Origin: Chloroflexota bacterium | GTDB lineage: Bacteria; Chloroflexota; Dehalococcoidia; Lucifugimonadales; UBA3495 | DNA length: 50,051 bases | Direction of reading: 5' to 3' | Assembly (NCBI GenBank): GCA_022562475.1 | Contig: JADFPD010000003.1 | Coordinates: forward strand, 1 to 50,051 | In this document: positions 29,098-38,662 of the stretch, piece by piece | Layout of the letters: every line of letters begins with the position of its first letter | How positions within the stretch are numbered: position 1 is the stretch's first letter | Made by a program: the position numbers and the translations under genes | The notes under the pieces: model-generated | What the model was told of the DNA's origin: nothing | The model's database searches: none | The model's input: only the letters and a program-made list of their open reading frames with translations

Positions 29098-30765
29098 CTA
29101 TCGTCGGGCGGCTGAGTTCCCCCCACGCGGTCTTCCGAGCTTTCCCGGGCGCGGCGGGCGGGGATTAAAGGATGGGGCGCCCTGTTTTGGGGACCGTCTG
29201 CGGCCGTTGGACGAATCGGGAGAGGAACTTCTTCCCAATACTTGGCCCGACCGTTTCCGGCTCTCCGACTCGCTGATTGGGGCTCGACCCAAGATCAGTC
29301 CAGGGCTTCTCCCGTTGGAAGGACCGGTCCGGGACGTTCTGCCAACCGGCTGCTCGGAGCGCCGTCCATTTGAAGATTCGGTGGGGGACGACCTGCCGAC
29401 AGGTTGCTCGGTACGCCGGCCACTGGATGCACCGGTCCGTGGACCTGCCGCGGCAGGACGGTCCCCATTATTCGACACACCGTTTCTGCGGCTGCTATTC
29501 TGGCGGCTGTTCTGACCGTTGTTCTGGCCGTTCCTGGGTCGGGGGTCTCGCGTGCTTCGGCCGGCCCGGCCGCCATTGCTCTGGCCCCCGGCGCGGCTCA
29601 GTCCAAGCCGCTCTTCCCGGAACTGTTCCTCGGGGGTGAAGTCACCGTAGTCGAATCCAGGCAGACGCCGCCGCTCGATCTTCGCACCCAGCTCTTTCTC
29701 GACCTCTCGGATCATTGCACCGTCTTCGGCCCCGGCGAGGGTGAAAGCCTCTCCGGTCTGTTCGGCCCTGCCGGTCCGCCCGATGCGGTGGAGGTAGGTG
29801 TCGGCGGTGTTCGGAAAGTCGAAATTGATAACGTGGGATACCTCGGGGACATCGATGCCGTGGGCGGCGATGTCGGTGGCCACCATGATGTCGAATTTAC
29901 CGGCGCGGAAACCGTCCATGGCCTGTTGACGGGCATTCTGAGACATGTTTCCCTGGAGCGCGGCCACCCGGAACGACTTCTTGGCCAACGCCAATGCCAG
30001 GGTGCGGGCCCGGTGCTTCGTGCGCGTGAAGACCAGAGCACGGCCCGTGGGAGTCTGCTGCAATAGCGCCAGCAATAGGTCCTTCTTGAGATTTTCTGGG
30101 ACGGGGTAGAGGGCGTGGGAGACGGTCTTGGCCGGAGCGATGGCGCCGATCTGCACCATCTCTGGGTCCTTCAGGATCTTCACCGCCAATGACCGGATCT
30201 CGGCGGGCATGGTCGCCGAAAAGAATAGGGTTTGCCGGTCCGTCGGAAGCTGGTCCAAGATGCGGCGCACATCGGGCAGGAACCCCATGTCGCACATAGT
30301 GTCGGCCTCGTCCAGCACCAATACCTCAACCCCGGAGAGGTCAATATCTTTTTGGCTGATGTGATCCAGCAATCGGCCGGGGCAAGCGACCACGATCTGG
30401 GCCCCGCGCCGTATTCCGGCCAGTTGCGGCCCTTTGGAGACGCCGCCATAAATGGCGATGCTCTTTAAACCGAGGTGTTGTCCCAATTCCCGGAAAGCTT
30501 GAAGGATCTGCTCGGCCAATTCCCGAGTGGGGGCGATAACCAGGCAGCGCACGCCCCGCTTTGGAGGCGTTGTGGCCAGGCGATGCAGGATGGGTAGGGC
30601 GAAGGCCGCGGTCTTGCCGGTGCCGGTTTGGGCCAGTCCCAAAAGATCCCGCCCTTGTAGCGCGACTGGGATAGCCTTTTCTTGGATGGGGGTGGGCTTG
30701 GTGTAGCCAACCGAACTGACGCCGGCCAGCACCTGAGGATGGAGGGAGAATTCTTGGAAATTCAC
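29098..30765 (-). CDS. rhlE: DEAD-box ATP-dependent RNA helicase (RhlE-like) with long basic disordered tail
   Basis: Q motif PTPIQ, AQTGTGKT, PTRELA, DEAD, SAT and HRIGRTGRA. Confidence 0.92.
   Translation of the reverse strand: MNFQEFSLHPQVLAGVSSVGYTKPTPIQEKAIPVALQGRDLLGLAQTGTGKTAAFALPILHRLATTPPKRGVRCLVIAPTRELAEQILQAFRELGQHLGLKSIAIYGGVSKGPQLAGIRRGAQIVVACPGRLLDHISQKDIDLSGVEVLVLDEADTMCDMGFLPDVRRILDQLPTDRQTLFFSATMPAEIRSLAVKILKDPEMVQIGAIAPAKTVSHALYPVPENLKKDLLLALLQQTPTGRALVFTRTKHRARTLALALAKKSFRVAALQGNMSQNARQQAMDGFRAGKFDIMVATDIAAHGIDVPEVSHVINFDFPNTADTYLHRIGRTGRAEQTGEAFTLAGAEDGAMIREVEKELGAKIERRRLPGFDYGDFTPEEQFREERLGLSRAGGQSNGGRAGRSTRDPRPRNGQNNGQNSRQNSSRRNGVSNNGDRPAAAGPRTGASSGRRTEQPVGRSSPTESSNGRRSEQPVGRTSRTGPSNGRSPGLILGRAPISESESRKRSGQVLGRSSSPDSSNGRRRSPKQGAPSFNPRPPRPGKLGRPRGGNSAARR
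29191..29427 (-). repeat. Degenerate 54-bp (18-aa) tandem repeat, about 4.4 copies, in the helicase tail
   Basis: SSGRRTEQPVGRSSPTES / SNGRRSEQPVGRTSRTGP / SNGRSPGLILGRAPISES / ESRKRSGQVLGRSSSPDS / SNGRRRS. Confidence 0.75.
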
Positions 30766-31058
30766 TGAGAGGGTTTACTCCTTGGCTGCTTTACTTGACT
30801 GATTTTCCGAGCCAAGTCACACTCTCAGGCCCAAGGTCACGGTCAATCTAATATGGCGGCACTAACGCACGTTAAGCGCTAACGTGTTACGAACTTAGTC
30901 GTTGCCTGATTCAGTATAACAGCTAATCCGCCATGCGGGCATGCCCCAAGGGCCGGCTCACCGGTCCTTTTGCGATATTCGCCCGGCCGGTGCACCCCTC
31001 GGACCCGATTGAGTGTTAATATCATTCCCGGCGACAACACTCCTCCGGAGGCAAGGCA

Positions 31059-32090
31059 TTGGCATACTACATGTACGTATCCATCCAAGAAGAAGACCGG
31101 ATTGCCATCTTCAGCATGACCCCAAAAACGGGTAAGTTGAAGCATCAAGGCGATGCGGAACTCAAGGGCCGGCCGGCGCCCCTGGCAATAGACCCGGACC
31201 GGAAATATCTTTTCGCCGGCCGCCGCGAGGCTGACGATTTTGGGATGACCAGCTTTAATATCGACCGCAAGACCGGCGGCCTTTCGCCCATCGGGTCGAT
31301 CCCCTTAAAGGGGGACCCGGTCCATATCTCCACCGATAAAACCGGCAAATTCCTTTTGTCCGCCTATTACTACCAGAAGACCGCCGCGGTGCACAGCATC
31401 GGCGATGACGGCGCACTGGCCGACCCTCCCGTGGTCTGGAGGGAGACCGCAATCGGCGCCCACTATATCCAGACCGACCCGGCCAACCGTTACGCCTACG
31501 TCCCCCACATCGCTGATGGAGCCCTGTCAGGCGCCAACGCCATATACCAGTTCCGGTTCAACGCCGATACCGGATTGATCACCCCACTCTCTCCGACGCG
31601 GACCAACCCCAGACAGCCGGACGGCCCGCGCCATATCTGTTTCCATCCAAGCATGGATAAAGTTTACTCGTCCAATGAGCAGGGCAACAGCGTAACCCTC
31701 TACGATTTCGACTCGGACAAAGGCAACCTCTATCCCATTCAGACGGTGTCCACACTGCCCAGCGGGTACGACGGCAAGAACTCCTGCTCCCAGATCCAGA
31801 TCACGCCGAACGGGAAATTCCTGTACGCGCCCAACCGGGGCCACGACAGCATCGCCGGCTTCCGGGTCAGCCCAGACAACGGCTACCTCTCGCTCATCGC
31901 CCAGACGCCCACCGAGGCAGTCCCACGGGCATTCAGCATCGACCTCCAGGGAAATTTCCTCTACGTTGCCGGGTTGGAGACCGGGAAGCTGGCCTCTTAC
32001 CGCATCGACCAGGACACCGGAGAATTGGAAGCCGGAGATGTCTACGATGTGGGCAAAGGCCCCATGTGGGTGCTGATAACCGAGTTTTAG
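31059..32090 (+). CDS. Lactonase family beta-propeller (6-phosphogluconolactonase/cycloisomerase-2-like)
   Basis: GAHYIQTDP, GPRHICFHP, ITPNGKFLYAPNRGHDSI and PRAFSID. Confidence 0.9.
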   Translation: MAYYMYVSIQEEDRIAIFSMTPKTGKLKHQGDAELKGRPAPLAIDPDRKYLFAGRREADDFGMTSFNIDRKTGGLSPIGSIPLKGDPVHISTDKTGKFLLSAYYYQKTAAVHSIGDDGALADPPVVWRETAIGAHYIQTDPANRYAYVPHIADGALSGANAIYQFRFNADTGLITPLSPTRTNPRQPDGPRHICFHPSMDKVYSSNEQGNSVTLYDFDSDKGNLYPIQTVSTLPSGYDGKNSCSQIQITPNGKFLYAPNRGHDSIAGFRVSPDNGYLSLIAQTPTEAVPRAFSIDLQGNFLYVAGLETGKLASYRIDQDTGELEAGDVYDVGKGPMWVLITEF

Positions 32091-32172
32091 GGACTGTCAT
32101 CCCGGACAATATCGGTACGCGGGTCTACCCAAATAATTGGCCAACTTGCCCCGGGTTTTTGAAGGGTGATTA

Positions 32173-33141
32173 ATGAAATTCGGGTTCATGTTGCCTTCCC
32201 GCGGCCCCCTGTCACGGCCGGAAAACCTTTCGGTCATCGCCAAGCGAGGTGAAGAGCTGGGCTACGGATTCATGATGTTCCCAGACCACATCGTGATGCC
32301 CCGGGACGTCTCTTCGAAGTACCCTTATTCCCAGTCCGGGGTCTTTCCGGGGACCGACACCGGAGAGACCATGGAACAACTGACCACGCTGGCATTCCTG
32401 GCCGGCCAGACCAACTCCATCAGACTGGTCACCAGCGTGATGGTCGTTCCCCACCGCAGCCCCGTTGCCACCGCAAAATCGTTGGCTACCCTGGATATTC
32501 TCTCCCAGGGCCGGTTGACGGTGGGAGTGGGGACCGGTTGGCTGGAAGAGGAATTTCAAGCCCTGGAGACTAAACCATTCGCCGAACGGGGAGCGGTAAC
32601 CGACGAATATATCCAGGTGTTCAAAGAGCTTTGGACCAGCGACTCTCCCCAGTTCGAAGGACAGTATTGCCGGTTCTCCAACATCGATTTCCAGCCCAAA
32701 CCGGTCCAGAAACCCCACCCGCCCATCTGGGTCGGCGGCGAAGGCCCGCGGGCCATCCGCCGGGCCGCCCGCTTCGGCGACGGGTGGCAGCCACTGGGGA
32801 ACAACAGCCGGTATCCCACCGCCACGGCGGAAGAGCTTGCCGTGGGTCTGCAGAGGCTGGACCCCGAATTGGAACGGGTGGGCCGTCCCGCCGGGTCCCT
32901 GGAAGTGACCAGCCGGATGTTGGGCTACGATCTGAGGAAGAACGGAGGGACATCAAGCAGCGGCCGCTCGGCCTTCGCCGGAACAGCGGACGAGATCGCA
33001 TCAGACATACGCCGCTTTCAAGACCTGGGGGTCGCCAACCTGGTTCCCAGCTTCCACGGCGTCGCCCAACTGGCGGACAGCCGGGACGCCATGCTGAAGG
33101 ACTTGGAAGACTTCGCCAATGAGGTCATGCCCAAGATTTAA
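32173..33141 (+). CDS. LLM-class putative F420-dependent oxidoreductase (Rv2161c-like)
   Basis: FPDHIVMP, ATLDILSQGRLTVGVGTGWLEEEF and PKPVQKPHPPIWVGG. Confidence 0.9.
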   Translation: MKFGFMLPSRGPLSRPENLSVIAKRGEELGYGFMMFPDHIVMPRDVSSKYPYSQSGVFPGTDTGETMEQLTTLAFLAGQTNSIRLVTSVMVVPHRSPVATAKSLATLDILSQGRLTVGVGTGWLEEEFQALETKPFAERGAVTDEYIQVFKELWTSDSPQFEGQYCRFSNIDFQPKPVQKPHPPIWVGGEGPRAIRRAARFGDGWQPLGNNSRYPTATAEELAVGLQRLDPELERVGRPAGSLEVTSRMLGYDLRKNGGTSSSGRSAFAGTADEIASDIRRFQDLGVANLVPSFHGVAQLADSRDAMLKDLEDFANEVMPKI

Positions 33142-33285
33142 AAGACCATCCAGAAATTAATGGCGCCGCCTCCACGGCCGGCGTGCGAGCTAGAGTCGGC
33201 CGTCAATGAATGAAAGCGAAACGCGCATCGACCGGTTGGTAAGTGAGATTCCCTGCCGTTGCTATAATCAATCGGCATAGCGCTG

Positions 33286-34728
33286 GTGGTGGCTTTCCGG
33301 CAGCTGCGAGGAAAAATCTTGAATTTCCCGATTCGGAGCGGACCCCTAAAGTTAAGTCTGCTCATTCTCCTTGGGGCGCTGGCCGCCGTAGCCTGCGGCG
33401 AGACAGACGCGCTTTTGACTCAGACGCCCGTGGTAACTCCCATCCCGGCAACTACTATTTCGGCGACTCCCGTTCCTGCGACCTCTGTACCACCCACTTC
33501 CATCCCATCGGCTACCGTCCCGCGGCCTTCTTCTGGCGGCGGGCAGGCAACCCAAGTCCCAACGCCGGAAGCCACTCCCACCGCCGCTCCCCAACCGACT
33601 CCGTCCATCACGCCGAGGCCGACACGCTCCGATACGCCGGTGCCAACGCCCACCGTTACGCGCGCGCCGGCGCCGACCTTTACACCAGAGCCGACGCCCA
33701 CCAACACACCGCAACCCATTCCAACCGACACGCCGGAGCCTACGATCACGCCGACTCCAGCGCCCACTCCGACACCGACGCCCGTGCCGGGTCCGACGCC
33801 GACACCCAATCAATTGGTTTGGACCTATCAGATCAGCGAAGCAGGCGCCAAGGTCAACCATGTGGACATCAGCGCTAATGGCTCGCGCTTGGTGGCGGGA
33901 ACATCAACCGGCAAGGTACTTTTCTTAACTGACCAGGGTCTCTTGATCTGGACCTTCGACGGCGCCGGCGCCGCCCCGGCAGGAGTCACTCGACGCAGCG
34001 TCACCGGCTTGGCAATAGACCTGGACGGAAACCGCATCCTAGCCGGCTTTACCGATGACCAAGGAACCGAGACTGAGGCCGGCGCTTTGTACATGCTCGA
34101 TAATCAGCCGTTGACATTATGGTCCGTCTCCATCGGAGGGCCAATCAGCGGAGTGGACCTTTCCGATGATGGAAGCCGCATGGTCGCCGGTTCTTCCGAC
34201 CGGAAAGTGTACTCGTTGAACGTGGATGGAGCCATCAGGTGGACTGTTGAAACTCCGGACATCGCCGGACAGCCAGTGAACGTGATTGCCGTGTCGGCCG
34301 AGGGCTCACGAGCGGTGGCCGGGGACCAGGCAGGCCAGTTCTACCTGCTCAACGCCGACGGCGCCAAGATCTGGACCTTCGATGCGGACGGACCCATAAA
34401 CGACGTTGCAGTTTCCACATCGGGTGACCGAGCTGCGGCCGGAACGGCAAGCGGCAGTGTGTATATATTGAACAACCAAGGCGCAGTCATTCGCAAAATA
34501 TCCCATCCCGAAACATCTATCCTGGCGTTGGCCATCAATTCCAGCGGCTCCCAGTTGGTTGCCGGGACCGCGGATGGAAGAGTATTTGCCTTCGACGGCC
34601 AAGGTGTCATGTCGTGGGAAGTGTTTTTGGGTGGGTCCGTAACCAGCGTGGCCGTGAACTCCACCGGAAGCAGAATTGTCGCTGCCTCCGGGACTACCGT
34701 TTATCTACTTTCAGACCAAGCTCCATAG
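33286..34728 (+). CDS. Lipoprotein with long Pro/Thr linker and WD40/PQQ-like beta-propeller
   Basis: Lipobox AVA-C, about 140-aa PT-rich stretch, about seven repeats of type VAVS..G.R..AG..DG.VY.L...G...W. Confidence 0.8.
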   Translation: MVAFRQLRGKILNFPIRSGPLKLSLLILLGALAAVACGETDALLTQTPVVTPIPATTISATPVPATSVPPTSIPSATVPRPSSGGGQATQVPTPEATPTAAPQPTPSITPRPTRSDTPVPTPTVTRAPAPTFTPEPTPTNTPQPIPTDTPEPTITPTPAPTPTPTPVPGPTPTPNQLVWTYQISEAGAKVNHVDISANGSRLVAGTSTGKVLFLTDQGLLIWTFDGAGAAPAGVTRRSVTGLAIDLDGNRILAGFTDDQGTETEAGALYMLDNQPLTLWSVSIGGPISGVDLSDDGSRMVAGSSDRKVYSLNVDGAIRWTVETPDIAGQPVNVIAVSAEGSRAVAGDQAGQFYLLNADGAKIWTFDADGPINDVAVSTSGDRAAAGTASGSVYILNNQGAVIRKISHPETSILALAINSSGSQLVAGTADGRVFAFDGQGVMSWEVFLGGSVTSVAVNSTGSRIVAASGTTVYLLSDQAP

Positions 34729-34834
34729 CCGGTAGACCGGCCGGCGCTGCTTTCCTAGATAAACGAATCAATGCCTCGGCGGATTGATTTTATCATCCGT
34801 AGGCATAAGACGATTGAGAAACCCGCTAAAAAGG

Positions 34835-34864
34835 TTGACATCATGAATTGGGATAACTTATATT
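34835..34864 (+). promoter_or_regulatory. Sigma70-type promoter of the TRAP receptor gene
   Basis: TTGACA-N18-TATATT. Confidence 0.55.
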
Positions 34865-34954
34865 CTGATTCACTCCCCGCAATGAAGAGGGTTGGGCGAT
34901 CGATGAGCAGGCACAACGCCAGGGGGAGAAGATAAATCTGGAGGAGGCAACTCG

Positions 34955-36115
34955 ATGACAAAGTTGCGGAAGTTCACATTTCCAATCTTGATCGGCATAT
35001 TGTTGCTGGTCTTGACGGCGTGTGGCGGAGACGACGAAAGCGAGACCGCTAGCCAGAGCACTGGAAGCGGCGTCAGCCCCACCACGGCCGCGGCCGCGTC
35101 CACGGGCGCCGGCGGCCTAGTCTCTCAGGGTCTCAGCTTCAAGTTCCAATACGCTTGTATCAATAGGACCCTTGACCCCTGCGAGCTACTCGCATCCCCA
35201 GGCGGAATGGTAGAACGGATCAAAGAGCGGACCAACGGACAGGTGGAGATAGTGATTTCTTCCTTCCCTGAGTTGGGTCTGGCCGGTCCCGACACCCTGC
35301 GTTTGGTCGAGGACGGCACTCTTGGAATGGTAGAGATCTATAGCGGCTACATCGGAGGCGACCTTCCCATCGTCGACGTCGCCAACCTTTGGGGCGTGAT
35401 TCCGGACACTTCCACCAACTGGAAGACCATCGAAGCCGTCCAAGGACCGATCCACAAAATCATCGAAGACCGGTCCAACGGCATAGTATTGGCCGAAAGC
35501 TATTACGGCAACAACTACTACTACACCAGCAAGCCCCTGCGGACCCCGAGCGATCTTGAAGGGATGAAGATTCGCAGTCACAGCACGGTGCTGGGCGACC
35601 TCATCGACGGCATGGGCGCCAATGCCCAGTTCGTGGCCTTCTCCGAGGTCTACACGGCGCTGGAACGCGGCATCCTTGACGCGGCCGTCACCTGCGGGCC
35701 TTGCGGCGCCGGTCTGCGCTGGTTTGAGGTAGCCGATTACCTAAACGGCCCCATCATCTCCATCGGTGTCACCTATATCACGATCAACAAGGACCGTTGG
35801 GAGGAGATTCCCGCCGACCTTCAGGCAATCATGAAGGAAGAGGCCCTGATCCACCAAAAGGAGAACCGCAGATTGGTGGAAGCTGTCTGGGACCCGAAAG
35901 GGATAACGGACAACGTCGAGGGCGGCATGGAATTCGTCGAGTTCTCCCAAGAGCTTAAAGACGCTCTCAGGCAGGCTTCGATCGATGTGGTGATTCCCAA
36001 CTGGGTGAACCGCAACGGCGGACCTGGCTCTGAAGCCGTGACGATGTTCAACGACTTAGTCGGCCCGATCATCGGCGTCACCATTGACTCCAACGGCAAA
36101 GCGATATCCAACTAG
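34955..36115 (+). CDS. dctP: TRAP transporter solute-binding lipoprotein (DctP family)
   Basis: Lipobox LTA-C; IKERTNGQVEI, DLEGMKIR, FSEVYTALERGILDA and WEEIPADLQAI. Confidence 0.88.
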   Translation: MTKLRKFTFPILIGILLLVLTACGGDDESETASQSTGSGVSPTTAAAASTGAGGLVSQGLSFKFQYACINRTLDPCELLASPGGMVERIKERTNGQVEIVISSFPELGLAGPDTLRLVEDGTLGMVEIYSGYIGGDLPIVDVANLWGVIPDTSTNWKTIEAVQGPIHKIIEDRSNGIVLAESYYGNNYYYTSKPLRTPSDLEGMKIRSHSTVLGDLIDGMGANAQFVAFSEVYTALERGILDAAVTCGPCGAGLRWFEVADYLNGPIISIGVTYITINKDRWEEIPADLQAIMKEEALIHQKENRRLVEAVWDPKGITDNVEGGMEFVEFSQELKDALRQASIDVVIPNWVNRNGGPGSEAVTMFNDLVGPIIGVTIDSNGKAISN

Positions 36116-36193
36116 AAATCAGGCGAAACTAATATAGACGCGCAGCGCGGACCTTCTTTACGTCGGGCTTAGTTGCGTTTCGTGGAATCTACA

Positions 36194-36242
36194 GGGGCAT
36201 CACTGTTGGGTTTGAACTTGATAAACCCAACAGCGGTGCCCC
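36194..36242. terminator. Long hairpin / bidirectional terminator between convergent genes
   Basis: GGGGCATCACTGTTGGGTTT-N9-AAACCCAACAGCGGTGCCCC, 20-bp near-perfect stem. Confidence 0.65.
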
Positions 36243-36289
36243 CTTGATTTTTAGACAGTCGTCGCTACGGGCCCCGTGAATCCGGACGG

Positions 36290-37858
36290 TCATTCCTGTC
36301 CGTAGATTCCGGTTGCGTTGTTAAAGGTGTACCAGCCGAACCAGTAGGCGATCTGGCTAGGCAGCCGGTCCAGCCTATGGGAGGGGTTGTTGACATTGAC
36401 CAGCGCATCCTCCTCCATTCGCCACTCCTCTCCCCCTTGGTCGGCTACGAACACCTCTGCCGCATCCCGGCCGCCGAGGCTGATCGTGGTGAACCGCTGG
36501 CCGTCCCTCTGGTATGCGCGCGAGCCGGCCCTGTCTCCGGGAGTGATCACAACCAAGGCCCTGCCGCCCAGGATGTCGTTCAAGACGGGCTGCTGATGTA
36601 AGGTGTCCACGGGGTATGCCTTGGCCTCACCGTTAACGATTAGCCCTAATATTTGCGACTTTTCAGGCAGCCGGCCGCTTTTGTCCCAAACCGGGAATGA
36701 GCTCTCAGGTTGCTGCCGCAGCCCGTAATAGATCGATTGGGGGTCCCATTCCGGAACGTAGAGACCGGCGGGATACAGTCCGGTGTCGGCGTCCAGAACA
36801 GTGGTGTCGGGATGCGTGGCGAGCCAGTCTCCCCAGGTGGTCAAAAGGACCGGCAGCACCTCCAGCTTGATCCCGCTATCCACCAAAGTCCCCACGACGG
36901 GCTCGCCGGTAAACTGACGCCACAACGTCTCGGTGGCCCGGTCGTACATCAACTTGTTTGAGCGGTAGAGCAGACCCGAGGTGCCGAACTCCAGGACTTC
37001 GCCGTTTATCTTGGTGGAATACACGATTCCGGAGCCGCAGAGGGTTCAATAAGCCAGGGCGAAAGGCACGCCCCCCACCACGTCATTGGCCATCTCGTGG
37101 GCGTTGAGGATGCGTAGCGGGTAGGCCCGGTGCTCCCCGTTGAAGGAAACACCGAAGACCCGGTCTTCGTCAAAGAGGTAACCGGCTTCCCGCGGGGTGA
37201 TCACCGGTGGGTTGATCAGATCGGGAATGCCGTCTCTGGGCACGCCGCCCCACACTATCTCCTCCACCCGTATGCGCGAGGCCACGCCGCTGTGTATGAA
37301 TTTCGACTGCTCAGGGTCAACCATGCGGTTGAACAGAAGGCCCTTGAAGCCGTGGTATCCCTGAGGTCCCTGGATCTCGGAATGTTTTCCAACCCACCTG
37401 ACCCACCAGTCCCAAAACTGGGCCGAGCCTTTGAGTTCGCCGGGTGCGGCTCCGCTGAGGTTGAACAACGCGCGAATGATCGTATTGCGGTTGTCCTCAC
37501 CCAATAGGCCCGAAAAGCGCAGGTAATCCACCAGCACCGGGATGTAGGACGGGTCGCCTCTGTCCACCATGGCCTGCACGCCGGAGTCGCCGTCTCCGCG
37601 CGCCAACTCCAAGAATGGGTTGAGCAGGGCTATTGGACTTTCGGGCGATTGGGCAGCCATCGACCCGGCGCGCGCCGCCGGTGGTGGGTCCGGTAACTCA
37701 GGAGAAGGCGAGACGGGCGGCGGCGCGGTATCGGCGGTGGATGGGGTAGATTCGGACGGAGTCGCCGCAGGCGCAATTTCCGGCGTTCCCGCAGCGCCAC
37801 AACCGGCCAAGGCGACAGAAAACAGGGCGATTATTGCCCACCGGCGCCACGCCTTCAA
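36290..37858 (-). CDS. DUF3179-domain lipoprotein, probable selenoprotein (UGA at 37046-37048, UxxC motif, Sec271)
   Basis: ORF-track pieces 37046..37891 and 36290..37024 are in the same frame and join as GGVPRDGIP...RAYPLRILNAHEMAND...ALAY-U-TLCGSGIVY...FGTSGLLYRSNKLMYDRATETLWRQ; lipobox LAG-C; TTG start after GGAGG. Confidence 0.88.
37016..37030 (-). promoter_or_regulatory. Candidate bacterial SECIS hairpin (GGAAU-CGUGU-AUUCC)
   Basis: Perfect 5-bp stem; loop begins 20 nt after the in-frame UGA; loop identical to that at 1276-1290. Confidence 0.7.
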
Positions 37859-38020
37859 TTCTGTTCCTCCATATCCTTTCAACCGTATCACCTACACCGA
37901 GATACGGCGCAGGGCGGAGGACGGATTTCCTGAACACGCGGCGGCGGGATGGCCGGCGGTTTTCGGGCTCCTTAGCGTGGTGGCAGTTGCCAATGAAGGG
38001 GCGTTAATGGTCGAAAAAGC

Positions 38021-38605
38021 TTACGCCGCCACCAAGAGCCTTGCGGCGGATGCCGACCCGGTCGCTTCCATTCCATGCAGCACGCACTTCAAAAGATTGA
38101 ACGCCGCATGGAGGTGGTCCACATCGGTGATGGTCCCGTTATATACGGACCCATGAGCCCGGTTATCCAAACTAAGCGAACCGGATTTGGCCTCTAAGGT
38201 GAAGTAAGCTGGAGCCTCTAAGACTAACTCCCGAAGGACAGCGCTCGCCAGAAGGCTGGTGAGTTTCTTGGCGTCGTTGAATTCGACCTTCACTCTGGGG
38301 GCAAGGTCCGGAAATTCAGAATTTAAGAACGGGTCTCGGTCCACTTCCGGCACCTTGTGGCCACCCCAGCCGAAAATCTTGAACTGGAAATCGCCGCTTG
38401 AATAATTTACCGTCATGACCGTACGGCTGGCGCGGCCTTCGATAATTGTGCTCACGGTGATCCGGTGACCCATGAAGGGGATGTGGATCTCGTCGCCCCC
38501 TGACACACCTTCGGAGATAAAGATTCCGCCTACCTCATGACTGAACGTCCGCCAAATTTCCTGGCGTTTCCGGTCTGGATGGAATGCGTTTTCGATGAAT
38601 CCCAT
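38021..38605 (-). CDS. Hypothetical protein
   Basis: 194-aa ORF with GGAGGG RBS; no recognised motif. Confidence 0.7.
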   Translation of the reverse strand: MGFIENAFHPDRKRQEIWRTFSHEVGGIFISEGVSGGDEIHIPFMGHRITVSTIIEGRASRTVMTVNYSSGDFQFKIFGWGGHKVPEVDRDPFLNSEFPDLAPRVKVEFNDAKKLTSLLASAVLRELVLEAPAYFTLEAKSGSLSLDNRAHGSVYNGTITDVDHLHAAFNLLKCVLHGMEATGSASAARLLVAA

Positions 38606-38662
38606 GGTATTCCCTCCGAAAGTTGAGTGCTACTCAATGGTGTTTACGGATGTCTGACGGTG

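Noticed and set aside
30870-30884. LacI-like operator (CGTTAAGCGCTAACG) between the helicase and lactonase genes
   Set aside because: Imperfect symmetry, single copy and no LacI regulator nearby.
33420-33810. CRISPR array or DNA repeat element
   Set aside because: The repetitiveness is a coding Pro/Thr linker; no constant repeat-spacer structure or cas genes were seen anywhere in the window.
1307-37048. The two internal TGA codons as pseudogene nonsense mutations or a UGA=Trp/Gly genetic code
   Set aside because: Both fall at expected Cys positions and are followed by the same hairpin loop, while many other genes here (nnr, metF, acyl-CoA dehydrogenase) end normally at TGA.
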